From NCBI GenBank assembly GCA_966211315.1, contig CBIHNN010000013.1, positions 19,225-83,224 of the forward strand: DNA of 64,000 nt, given 5' to 3'. Made by a program: the position numbers and the translations under genes. Position 1 is the stretch's first letter, and every line of letters begins with the position of its first letter. Shown in pieces: positions 28,766 to 38,200 of the stretch. This DNA comes from an uncultured Micromonosporaceae bacterium (GTDB lineage: Bacteria; Actinomycetota; Actinomycetes; Mycobacteriales; Micromonosporaceae). The notes below the pieces were generated by a model that was not told the DNA's origin, ran no database searches, and saw nothing but the letters and a program-made list of their open reading frames with translations.

Positions 28766-30412
28766 ATGACCGGGCCCACCAAGCCCTTTCAGCTGGACGG
28801 CACGGAACTGGCCGGCTATCGCATCGAGACGCTGATCGGCCGCGGCGGGATGGCGTACGTCTACCGCGCCGCCGACAAGCGCCTCGGCCGTACGGTGGCC
28901 CTCAAGGTGCTGGCGCCGGACCTGGCCACGGACGCGGAGTTCCGGCGCCGGTTCCTGCGCGAGTCACGCCTGGCGGCGTCCATCGACCACCCCAACGTCA
29001 TCCCGATCTACGACGCCGGTGAGGCCGACGGGGTGTTGTACATCGCCATGCGCTACGTCGAGGGCAGTGACCTGAAGGCACTGCTGATCCGCGAGCAGAA
29101 GCTCGACGTCCACCGCGCGGTCGACATCTTCTCGCAGGTGGCGGACGCCCTCGACGCGGCACACGCACACGGCCTCGTGCACCGCGACGTCAAACCTGCC
29201 AACATCCTCATCTCCCCGGGCACGCTGTCACAGGGGCACGAACACGTCTACCTGAGCGACTTCGGAGTCACCAAGCGGGCGTCGTCGAAGTCCGGTGTCA
29301 CCGCCGCCGGCGTCATCGTCGGCACGATGGACTACCTGGCGCCGGAGCAGATCAGCGGCAAGACGGTGAGCGCCCGGACGGACGTGTACGCACTCGGCTG
29401 CGTGATCTACCAGGCGCTGACGGGGTCCGTCCCTTTCGTCCGCGACGACGACGCGGCGCTGCTCTGGGCGCACCTCGTCGAGACGCTCCCGCCCATCTCC
29501 CAGCATCGTCCCGACCTGCCGCCGGCGGTGCAGGACGTGCTGTTGAAGGCGACGGCGAAGGACCCCGAGGACCGGTACGCCAGCTGCGGCGAGCTCCTTG
29601 AGCAGCTGACCATGTCGCTGAGCGAGTACCGTCCGGCGGCGCGGGAGGACACCGCCGGACGGTACGCGCCCCCGGCCGCGATGCCGGCCGATCGGGTGCC
29701 CAGGTCACGTACCGGCGTGCCCACCGGTACGGGGCCAGCCGCCACGGGCGGCCGCAGCCTCGCCGCGGTGCCGATGCCGGTGCCGGTGCAACGGTCGCGC
29801 CGGGGGTGGATCTGGGCGCTGGTCGCGAGCGCGGTCGTGGCGGTGCTCGCGCTGGCCGGCTTCTTCCTCCTGCGCCCGCACGGCCCCGGTACGGCGCACT
29901 TCGCCGCGAACGACGTGGTGCCGGTGTCCTTCGACTACCCGGCGGACTGGCGGCAGGCACCGGAGGGCAACAACCTGGTGCTCTCGCCGCACGCCGACGC
30001 GTTCCTCGACCTGTTCACCCGACCGGACCAGCCGGACCCGTGGGGCAAGATCGGCAAGGTGTTGCGCGAGGACCGCGACGGGTCGATCGGGATGTACACC
30101 TTTTTCAACCAGATCGATTACAGCAATGGGGATCCGCGGCAGACGCTGCTGATCTACCTGCCGACCGGCGCGCGCTTCACGCCCGGGCAGGGCGAGGCGG
30201 CCCTCGGCAACGTCATGGCGATCCACCTGAGCGGGGTGGTCAGCGACCCGCGCGACAGTGCGACACAGCTGCGTTTCGAGTGCTACATCGCCCGCAGCGG
30301 CCCGCAGCAGCAGCGCAACATCCACATGATCTTGTTTTCTGATGCGAAGTCGTTCAACAGTCACCAGGCGACGTTCGACAGCATCGTGAGATCGGCTGTT
30401 CTGCCGGCGTAG
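28766..30412 (+). CDS. Hanks-type Ser/Thr protein kinase with one TM helix and a roughly 180-aa extracytoplasmic C-terminal domain
   Basis: GRGGMAYVY, VALKVL, HRDVKPANIL, SDFG, LAPEQ. TM WIWALVASAVVAVLALAGFFLL. Confidence 0.9.
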   Translation: MTGPTKPFQLDGTELAGYRIETLIGRGGMAYVYRAADKRLGRTVALKVLAPDLATDAEFRRRFLRESRLAASIDHPNVIPIYDAGEADGVLYIAMRYVEGSDLKALLIREQKLDVHRAVDIFSQVADALDAAHAHGLVHRDVKPANILISPGTLSQGHEHVYLSDFGVTKRASSKSGVTAAGVIVGTMDYLAPEQISGKTVSARTDVYALGCVIYQALTGSVPFVRDDDAALLWAHLVETLPPISQHRPDLPPAVQDVLLKATAKDPEDRYASCGELLEQLTMSLSEYRPAAREDTAGRYAPPAAMPADRVPRSRTGVPTGTGPAATGGRSLAAVPMPVPVQRSRRGWIWALVASAVVAVLALAGFFLLRPHGPGTAHFAANDVVPVSFDYPADWRQAPEGNNLVLSPHADAFLDLFTRPDQPDPWGKIGKVLREDRDGSIGMYTFFNQIDYSNGDPRQTLLIYLPTGARFTPGQGEAALGNVMAIHLSGVVSDPRDSATQLRFECYIARSGPQQQRNIHMILFSDAKSFNSHQATFDSIVRSAVLPA

Positions 30413-30476
30413 GCAGGTCCGCCGATCGGATCCGCGCCGGGTCTGTTCCGCGGCCGCCGCACCCGCCGATACTGGT

Positions 30477-31136
30477 GTGGTGGAGTGGCCGATGTTGGAC
30501 TCGCTCGACCCGGAGGAACGGCGCCGATTGCTGAGCGTCTCCCGGCGGCGGCGCTTCGGCCGCAACGAGGTCGTCTTCCACGAGGGCGACCCGGCGAACT
30601 CGCTGCACCTGGTGGCGTCCGGACACGTCAGCGTCCGGGTGGCGACACCGGACGGTAACAGCGTGACCCTCGCGATCATCGGTCCCGGTCAGACGTTCGG
30701 GGAGCTGGCCCTGCTCGGCAGGCAGGCCCGGCGGGCCGCGACGATCACCGCTCTGGAGGGCTGCGAGACCTTGAGCCTGCAGAAGGAACGCTTCGACGAG
30801 CTGCGCCTCGGCCACCCGCGGATGGACCGGCTGCTGGCCGAGATCCTCGCCGACGAGGTGCGGCGGCTCGACGGCCGCCTGCTGGAATTCCTGTACCTGC
30901 CCGCGGACAAGCGGGTGCTGCGCCGCCTGGTGTCCCTGGCCAGGATGTACAGCGACGGTGGGCAGGAGACGGTGACGGTGCCGCTGACGCAGGACGTGAT
31001 CGCCGGCATGGCCGGGACCTCACGACCGACGACGAACCAGGCGCTTCGTGCCGTCGAGGAGGCGGGCGTCATCGCCATCGGACGGTCGAAGATCCATGTC
31101 ACGGATCTTCCGGGGCTGATGCGCCGCGCCCGCTGA
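30477..31136 (+). CDS. Crp/Fnr family transcriptional regulator (cNMP-binding domain plus HTH)
   Basis: Phosphate-binding cassette FGELALLGRQARRAATITAL. C-terminal HTH TQDVIAGMAGTSRPTTNQALRAVEEAG. The start may instead be ATG 30492. Confidence 0.9.
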   Translation: MVEWPMLDSLDPEERRRLLSVSRRRRFGRNEVVFHEGDPANSLHLVASGHVSVRVATPDGNSVTLAIIGPGQTFGELALLGRQARRAATITALEGCETLSLQKERFDELRLGHPRMDRLLAEILADEVRRLDGRLLEFLYLPADKRVLRRLVSLARMYSDGGQETVTVPLTQDVIAGMAGTSRPTTNQALRAVEEAGVIAIGRSKIHVTDLPGLMRRAR

Positions 31137-31817
31137 TCAGTCGTTCGCAGGCGCGCCGACCAGGCCGCAGGCGACCCGGTCACCGGAGTTGCCGCCCTGC
31201 TGCGTCGCCTTGATCGCCTCCGGGCTGTTGCCGGTGTACTCCTGCGCGGCCGTGCCCACCGGGACCCGGCCGAGGTTGTCCGGGTTGGCGTGCAGCACCA
31301 CGGCTCGGCCGGTGAGCTCCGCGCCGGACAGCCGGTCGGTGCGGAACTCCAGGGTGCCGCGTCCGTCGGCCCCCACGTAGATGCTCGGCAGATCACCGTT
31401 GTGCTCCGCGTGCTGGTGACCGCCATGGTCCAGGTGCGCGTCCGCGGAGACGAACCAGCTCCTCGACGGCTGGCCCGGCTGGGCCACGCAACCGTTGCCG
31501 TTGGTCGCATCGTCGTTGGCGTGCAGGTGGAACCCGTGGAACGCGGCCCTGCCGGCCATGCCCGCGGGCAGGGCGACGCGGGCGCGGACCACGACCCCCG
31601 GTCGCGCGTCGAAGAAGTCGACCCGGCCGACGGCACGTCCGTCGGCCAGGCTGAGGGTGGCCGAGCCGATCGCGCGTTCACCCGTGCGCCGGGCGATGAG
31701 CAAGGCGACCGCGGCTCCCGCGGAGCCGAGGAGAACAACGGTGACCAGCACCACGAGCAGGACGCTCCTCGAACGCCGATGCGCCGATGGGGGCGGGGTC
31801 AGGATCTGCTGCGCCAT
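31137..31817 (-). CDS. sodC: Cu/Zn superoxide dismutase family protein, membrane-anchored
   Basis: HGFHLHAN, HLDHGGHQHAEHNGDLP, AVVLHANPDN, and GNSGDRVACG match the Cu and Zn ligand contexts. N-terminal TM VLLVVLVTVVLLGSAGAAVALLI. Confidence 0.9.
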   Translation of the reverse strand: MAQQILTPPPSAHRRSRSVLLVVLVTVVLLGSAGAAVALLIARRTGERAIGSATLSLADGRAVGRVDFFDARPGVVVRARVALPAGMAGRAAFHGFHLHANDDATNGNGCVAQPGQPSRSWFVSADAHLDHGGHQHAEHNGDLPSIYVGADGRGTLEFRTDRLSGAELTGRAVVLHANPDNLGRVPVGTAAQEYTGNSPEAIKATQQGGNSGDRVACGLVGAPAND

Positions 31818-32028
31818 GGTTCACTTCCTCGGGACCGGGACCGGGGCCGGGCCGGGGCCTGAAGCCCACCGATTGCCTGTGGGATCAGCATCACGGCGGG
31901 CCCGCCGGGCGTCTGTTAGCGCGACGACACGGCATCGCAGAACGGGCGTACCGCATCGGACTGTCGGTCGGCCGTGCGTGCCGATGCATGCGATCGACGC
32001 GGGCCGGACCAGGTCCTAATCTATGTGA

Positions 32029-35000
32029 ATGCCAAGCTGCTCCTCGTGCGGCGCGGACAACCCCGACCGTGCGCGGTTCTGTATGGACTGCGGCACTCCC
32101 GTCACCGCGGACCAGGTCCGCGAGGTACGCAAGACCGTCACCGTCGTCTTCTCCGACGTCGTGGGCTCCACCGGACTGGGCGAACGGCTCGACCCGGAGG
32201 AGCTGCGCAGGGTCATGACCCGCTACTACGAGCTGGCCAATGCGGTGCTCACCCGGCACGGGGGCCGGGTCGGCAAGTTCATCGGCGACGCCGTGATGGC
32301 GGTGTTCGGCGTACCCGTGGTGCACGAGGACGACGCCCTGCGCGCCGTGCGAGCCGCCGCGGAGCTGCACGCCGGCCTCGCCGAACGCAACGCACAACTG
32401 GAGCGGGACTACGGCGTCGAGCTGCACCTGCGGACCGGCGTGAACACCGGCGAGATCGTGCTGGCCGAGACCTACGGCGGCCAGGACATCACCATCGGCG
32501 ACGTCGTCAACGTCGCCGCCCGCCTGGAGCAGCTGGCGGACCCCGGCGAGATCCTGCTGGGCGACGTCACCTACCGCCTGGTGCGCGACGCCGTGACCGC
32601 GGAGATGCTGGCGCCGCTGACGGTCAAGGGCAAGGGTGTGCCGGTGGAGGCGTGGCGGCTGCTGGCGGTCAAGCCGGACGCGGAGGGCCACGCCCGGCTG
32701 CTGGACGCCCCGCTGATCGGCCGGGAACACGAACTGGGGCTGCTGACGCGCGCGTTCGACCGCACGATCAGCGAGCGGACGTCGCATCTCGTCACGCTGC
32801 TCGGCACGGCCGGCGCCGGTAAGTCCCGCATGGTGCAGGAGTTGCTCACCTGGTCCGGCGGCCGGGCCCAGGTGCTGCGGGGACGCTGCCCCGACTACGG
32901 CGAGGGGATGACGTACCGGCCGCTCACCGAGGTCGTACGCCAGGCCGCCGGTATCAGTGCCACGGCTGAACCGGAGGAGGCGCGGCGTCGGATCGCCGCT
33001 CTCTTCCCGGCGGACGAACCCGGCTCCATCGTGGACGATCTCGCCGCCCTCGTCGGTGACGTCGCGACCGGAGCCGCGGTCGAGGACCTTCAGGTCGCAC
33101 TGCACCGGCTGCTCGGTGCCCTTGCCGCGAGCCGGCCGCTCATCGTCGTGCTGGACGACCTGCAGTGGGCCGAGGCCGCCCTGTTGGACCTGCTGGAACG
33201 CCTGACCGAGTGGCTCCGCGACATCCCGGTCCTGTTATGCTGCCTGGCCCGCCCGGACCTGCTGGAGATCCGGCCGGGCTGGGGCGGCGGGCGGGTCAAC
33301 GCCACGACACTGATGCTGGAACCGCTGACGCCCGAGGAGAGTGCAGCGCTGCTGGACAACCTGCTCGAACACGTCCGCGGGGCGGACCTGGCCCGGCGAC
33401 GGGTCGTCGAGGCGGCCGGCGGCAACCCGCTCTACCTCCAGGAGCTCGTCGGGATGCTGATCGAGGACGGCCTGCTCGCCCGCGGTCCGGACGGCTGGGT
33501 GGCCACCACGGACCTGTCGAAGCTGGACATTCCGCCGAGCATCGCGGCCCTGCTCGCCGCCCGGCTCGACGCGCTTCCTGCCGGCGAACGAGCCGTCCTG
33601 GAGCGAGCCAGCGTGATCGGGCCGGTGTTCCACCGGGTCGCCGTCATCGCGCTCACCCCGCCGGAGGCGCGTGGGCAGGTCATCACGTACCTGCTGAATC
33701 TGGTCCGTAAAGAGCTGATCCGGCCGGAGCCCTCCGCGCTGCTCGGCGAGAGCGCCCTGCACTTTCGCCACGTGCTGCTACGCGACGCGGCGTACCGGTC
33801 ACTGTCCAAGCGCGAGCGCGCCGAGCTGCACGAACGGCACGCCGACTGGCTGGAGGCGAAGCACGCCGAACGCGTCGCGGAGCCCGACGAGGTCATCGGG
33901 TACCACCTCGAACAGGCCTGTCGCTACCGCACCGGGTTCGGGCCGGTGGACCCCAGCACCGCCCACCTCGCCGAGCGGGCGGCCGCGCACCTGATCGGCT
34001 CGGGCAGCCGCGCCTTCGGACGCCGGGACATGCCCGGCGCGGCCAGCCTGCTCGGGCGCGGCGTGGCCCTGCTGCCGGCCGAGAATCCCGAACGCCTGGC
34101 CGCGCTGCCGGATCTCGCCGCCGCCCTGGTGGAGATGGGGGAGTTCGGCCGCGCCGAGGCCATCCTCGTCGAGGCGGTCGTCGCCGCCGACGAACGCGGC
34201 GACGAAGGGCTGCGCGCCGCCGCCGTACGGGTGCGGTCGGTGCTGCGCCTGCTCGTCGGGCCGCCACCGGATGCGGCGCCACCGGGCTCACCCGCGGGGA
34301 GCGCCCCCGACAGCCAGGACACCGCCGCCCTCGCCGCTGGCTGGACACTCGTACGGGACGTCCGCTGGCTGCCCCGCTCGGCCGCCGCGGCGGCGCCGAC
34401 GGCCGGCGCGGAGCGCTCCAGCGCCACGACCACCGCCGTCGGCGACTTCACCATGCTGGCGGTGCTCGGGCCGACGCCGGTGCGGGCCGCGATCGAGCGG
34501 TACACCGAGTACCTGCGCCAGCCGCAGCTCAGCAACACGTTCACGGTCCGGGTGCTGGGCGCCCTCGCCGGGCTGACCGCCATGGACGGAAACGTCGACG
34601 ACGCCCGGCGCCACCTCGACCAGGCGATGTCGATCCTCGGCCAGCTCGGCCTGCGGGTACGAGCCGCCGCGCTCTCCTACCTCGCAGGTCTCGTCGACCT
34701 GCTGGCGGACCAGCCCGCCGCGGCGGAGGAACGGCTGAGCCAGGCCTGTCTCGACTGCGAGCGGATGGGCGAGCGGTACGTGCTCGGCGCCCTGCTGTCG
34801 CTGCGGGCACAGGCCAGCTACGCCCTGGGCCGGTACGTCGAGGCCGTCCAGCTGGGCGAGGCGGCCGAACAGAGCGGGTTCGGCGACGACATCGTGGCGC
34901 AGGTGACGGCCAGCGGCGCCCGGGCCAAGGCGCTGGCGCGACTGGACTGCGGTGACGAGGCGGAGCCGCTGGTCCGGGAAGCCGCCGCCGCGGCAGCCGG

Positions 35001-35202
35001 GACGGGCCTCATCAACCTGGCCGCCGACGCCCTGCTGGACCTCGCCGACGTGCACGAGGCGATCGGCGACGGCGAGGCCGCCGCGCGGGCTGCCCGGGAG
35101 GCACTGGAGCTGTACCTGCGCAAGGGCAATGTGGTGTCGGCGCGGCGCACCCGCACGATGCTGGAGCGGCTGCGCCCGGCCGAACCCGGCACCGGGTCCT
35201 GA
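32029..35202 (+). CDS. zinc ribbon / class III adenylate-guanylate cyclase / STAND (AAA) NTPase / TPR multidomain protein
   Basis: N-terminus CSSCGADNPDRARFCMDCG. Cyclase motifs VTVVFSDVVGST, GKFIGDAVMAVFG, QDITIGDVVNVAARLE. P-loop LLGTAGAGKSRM and Walker B LIVVLDDLQWA. The C-terminal roughly 450 aa are helical repeats. Confidence 0.9.
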   Translation: MPSCSSCGADNPDRARFCMDCGTPVTADQVREVRKTVTVVFSDVVGSTGLGERLDPEELRRVMTRYYELANAVLTRHGGRVGKFIGDAVMAVFGVPVVHEDDALRAVRAAAELHAGLAERNAQLERDYGVELHLRTGVNTGEIVLAETYGGQDITIGDVVNVAARLEQLADPGEILLGDVTYRLVRDAVTAEMLAPLTVKGKGVPVEAWRLLAVKPDAEGHARLLDAPLIGREHELGLLTRAFDRTISERTSHLVTLLGTAGAGKSRMVQELLTWSGGRAQVLRGRCPDYGEGMTYRPLTEVVRQAAGISATAEPEEARRRIAALFPADEPGSIVDDLAALVGDVATGAAVEDLQVALHRLLGALAASRPLIVVLDDLQWAEAALLDLLERLTEWLRDIPVLLCCLARPDLLEIRPGWGGGRVNATTLMLEPLTPEESAALLDNLLEHVRGADLARRRVVEAAGGNPLYLQELVGMLIEDGLLARGPDGWVATTDLSKLDIPPSIAALLAARLDALPAGERAVLERASVIGPVFHRVAVIALTPPEARGQVITYLLNLVRKELIRPEPSALLGESALHFRHVLLRDAAYRSLSKRERAELHERHADWLEAKHAERVAEPDEVIGYHLEQACRYRTGFGPVDPSTAHLAERAAAHLIGSGSRAFGRRDMPGAASLLGRGVALLPAENPERLAALPDLAAALVEMGEFGRAEAILVEAVVAADERGDEGLRAAAVRVRSVLRLLVGPPPDAAPPGSPAGSAPDSQDTAALAAGWTLVRDVRWLPRSAAAAAPTAGAERSSATTTAVGDFTMLAVLGPTPVRAAIERYTEYLRQPQLSNTFTVRVLGALAGLTAMDGNVDDARRHLDQAMSILGQLGLRVRAAALSYLAGLVDLLADQPAAAEERLSQACLDCERMGERYVLGALLSLRAQASYALGRYVEAVQLGEAAEQSGFGDDIVAQVTASGARAKALARLDCGDEAEPLVREAAAAAAGTGLINLAADALLDLADVHEAIGDGEAAARAAREALELYLRKGNVVSARRTRTMLERLRPAEPGTGS

Positions 35203-35228
35203 TCCGCCGGTCACGGAAGGAGGCTGCG

Positions 35229-38200
35229 ATGGCGCAGCGCGTCGAGATCCGCGAGCTGGGCCGGCCGGCCCGGGTGGTGACCATCGCGGAGACCGTGGAG
35301 GTGGGACGTGACTGCGCCGGAATCGTGGTGTCCGATCCGGAGGTCTCGCGCCGCCACCTGACGCTGTCGTACGCCGACGAGACCCTGTCCGTCCTGGACC
35401 TGGGCAGCAGCAACGGCACGAGCGTCAACGGCGTACCGGTCACCGCCCAGACGCCGCTGCACGCGGGTGACGTGGTGGGGCTCGGCGATGCGCAGATCGT
35501 CGTGCTGCCACCCCGGGACGGGCCGGTACCGGTGGACGCTCCCACCGAGGCCATGGCGGGCCCGGACGGTGCGGTGCCGCCGGCGCCGCCGGAACCCGCC
35601 CGGACGCCGCCGCCGGCCCGTCCGGCGCTCGACGAGCTCGCCGTCCGGGACACCGACGCGGCAGTGATCCGGTACCGCCGGGGATCAGCCGGCGAACGCG
35701 CCGCCTCCGGGTACGCGTCCGCGGTGCGCCGTGCCCGCCGCAGGCTCGCCGGTCTGGGATCCGAACCCTGGGGCGTACGCCCGCAGATCTGCCTCGTCGA
35801 CCCGTTCCCCAGTCCGGACGACCCGGACGACCTGCTGGCCGCCGGCACCGTCGTGGACCCGGTCCACGGCGAGATCTGGATGGTGGTGACCGCCGACTCG
35901 CCCCCGGAGTCTCCGGAGCGCCCGTTGGCGCTGTTCTTCGGTGCCGGGCTGCCCGCCGCCGACGACGTGGCCGCCCTGGTGGAGGGCTACGGCCTGCACC
36001 TGGCCCGGTTGCCGTCGCCGGATGCGTTCCTGCGCGGTTCGGACCTGCCACCCCTGGCGGAGGCCGACGGTCAGCTGCGCGTCCTCATGGCGGTGTCGTT
36101 CGTCCGTCACCTGCTGGCTCGCGGCGGCGAGCCCGCGTTTCGGCAGCTGCTGGCCACCGCCCAGCCCGGGGCCGTCGACGCGGCGGCGGAGCAGGTCTAC
36201 GGGCTGCCTCTGTCGGCTCTCGAGCCGCGGTGGCGCGCGGGCCTCACGACCCCGCCGCCGCAGGCCCGCACCGCCGACTTCCTGCGGTTGACCGGTGCCT
36301 ACCTGCGCCGGCACGGGTGGTGGCTGACGCAGCTGGTGGTCTGCACGGTGGCCACCGTGGCGTTGGTGGTGCTCCTGCCGCTGGCGCTGCGCAGACTGAT
36401 CGACCAGGTCCTCCCGGCCCGGGACCTCGTTGCCGCGGTGCGGATCGTCGGGGTGCTGGCGGGCGCCCTCGTCGTCGCCGGGATGGCCGAGATCCGCCGG
36501 GTCCAGCTGTGGGCGAGGCTGAGCGTGACGTTCCTGCAGCAGCTGCGCGCGGACATGTTCGCGAAGCTGCAGACGCTCTCGGCGAGCTGGTACGCGGCCC
36601 CCGGCCGCGGCACGGACGTGCTGTCGCGCCTGCTGGCGGACGCCGCCATTCTCCAGTCCGGCCTGCACGCCGTACGCGATGCCGTCTCGCAGGGTGTCGT
36701 CCTGGTGGCCGCGACGGCTGTTCTCGTGGTGCTCAGTGTGCCCCTCGCGGCGACGGTGCTGCTGGGCGCCCTGCTGCTCGGCGCGCTCGGGCGTACGCTG
36801 GCCCGCCGCGCCGCCCGGCACGCCCACGATGCGCAGGAGCAGGTCACCTCCGTGGTGTCGGTGGCCGCCGAAAGCTACGCCGCGCACGCCCTCGTGCAGG
36901 CCTACGGGCTCGAAGCCGACCAGCGTGGCCGGTTCCAGCGGGTTCTCGACCACAACGCCGTCCGGCAGCGTCGCGCGCTGGTCTCCGAGAGCCTGCCCGG
37001 CGTCTGCGTCGATGGCACGGCCACCGCGTTGCGCCTCGCCGTGCTGGCGGTGGGCGCCTGGCTGCTGGTCACCGACCGGGTCACGGTGGGCGCCCTGGTG
37101 GCGGTGCTCGTGATCGTCGACCAGGTGGTCCGGCCGGTGTCCGCCCTCGCCATGCTCGGTGGACGACTCGACGCGACGAGGGGCGCCGTGGTCCGGGTCA
37201 CCGACATCCTCGCTGCCCAGAACGAGATCGCCGAAGCACCCGAGGCCGTCGACCTGCCCCGGCCGCGGCGGGAGATCCGGTTGTCCGGGATCGGGCTGGA
37301 AGCCGGACCGGACCGGCGCCCGCTGGCCGACGTGGACGCCGCCATCCGGGTGGGTAGCCGGGTGGCGTTCGTGGGGGCGCCCGGTACCGCGATCTCGTCG
37401 GTGGTGCAGCTGCTCCTGCGGTTCTGCGACCCGACGACCGGCGCTGTGCGCATCGACGGACAGGATCTGCGACACGTCACCGTCTCCTCGCTGCGCGGCC
37501 AGATCGGGGCCGTCCTGCGCGAGGCCGTGCTCGTCGACGCGACCGTGGCCGAGAACATCGCGCTGGGCGGCCCCGGCGCGGGTCACGTGGCGATCGAGGC
37601 CGCGGCCCGCGCCGCGGAGGCGCACCCGTTCGTCCTCACCCTCCCGCACGGCTACGACACCCGGGTGGGGGAGCGCGGCGTACGGCTCAGTGAGGCCCAG
37701 CGGCGCCGGATCGCACTGGCCCGGGCTCTGCTGCGGGACCCGGCCGTACTGCTGCTCGACGACGTCACCGCCGACCTGGACGTGCGCTCCGAACGGCTGT
37801 TCACCGCGACGCTCGCGCGGGTGGGCCGCGGCCGTACCGTCATCACCGCCACCCACCGTCTGACCACGGTGGTCGACTACGACCAGATCTTCCTGATGGA
37901 CGGCGGCCGGATCGTGGAGCGGGGCGGGCACCACGGGCTGCTCCTGGCCGCAGGCCGGTACGCCGAGCTGTGGGCCGAGCAGGCCCACACCGGCCCGGTG
38001 GAGCCGACCCCGTTCGACGTCGCCGCCGCCCTCACCCGGATCCCGCTCTTCGCCCGGCTCGACGGGCGCGGGCTCGACCGGGTCGCACGCTGCCTGCACG
38101 AGCAGCGGGTCGACCGGGACGAGACGGTACGCAGCGACGACGGCCGGTTGCTCCTGATCCGGCGGGGCAGGGCGCTGGTGCTCGGCCCGGACCCGGCCGG

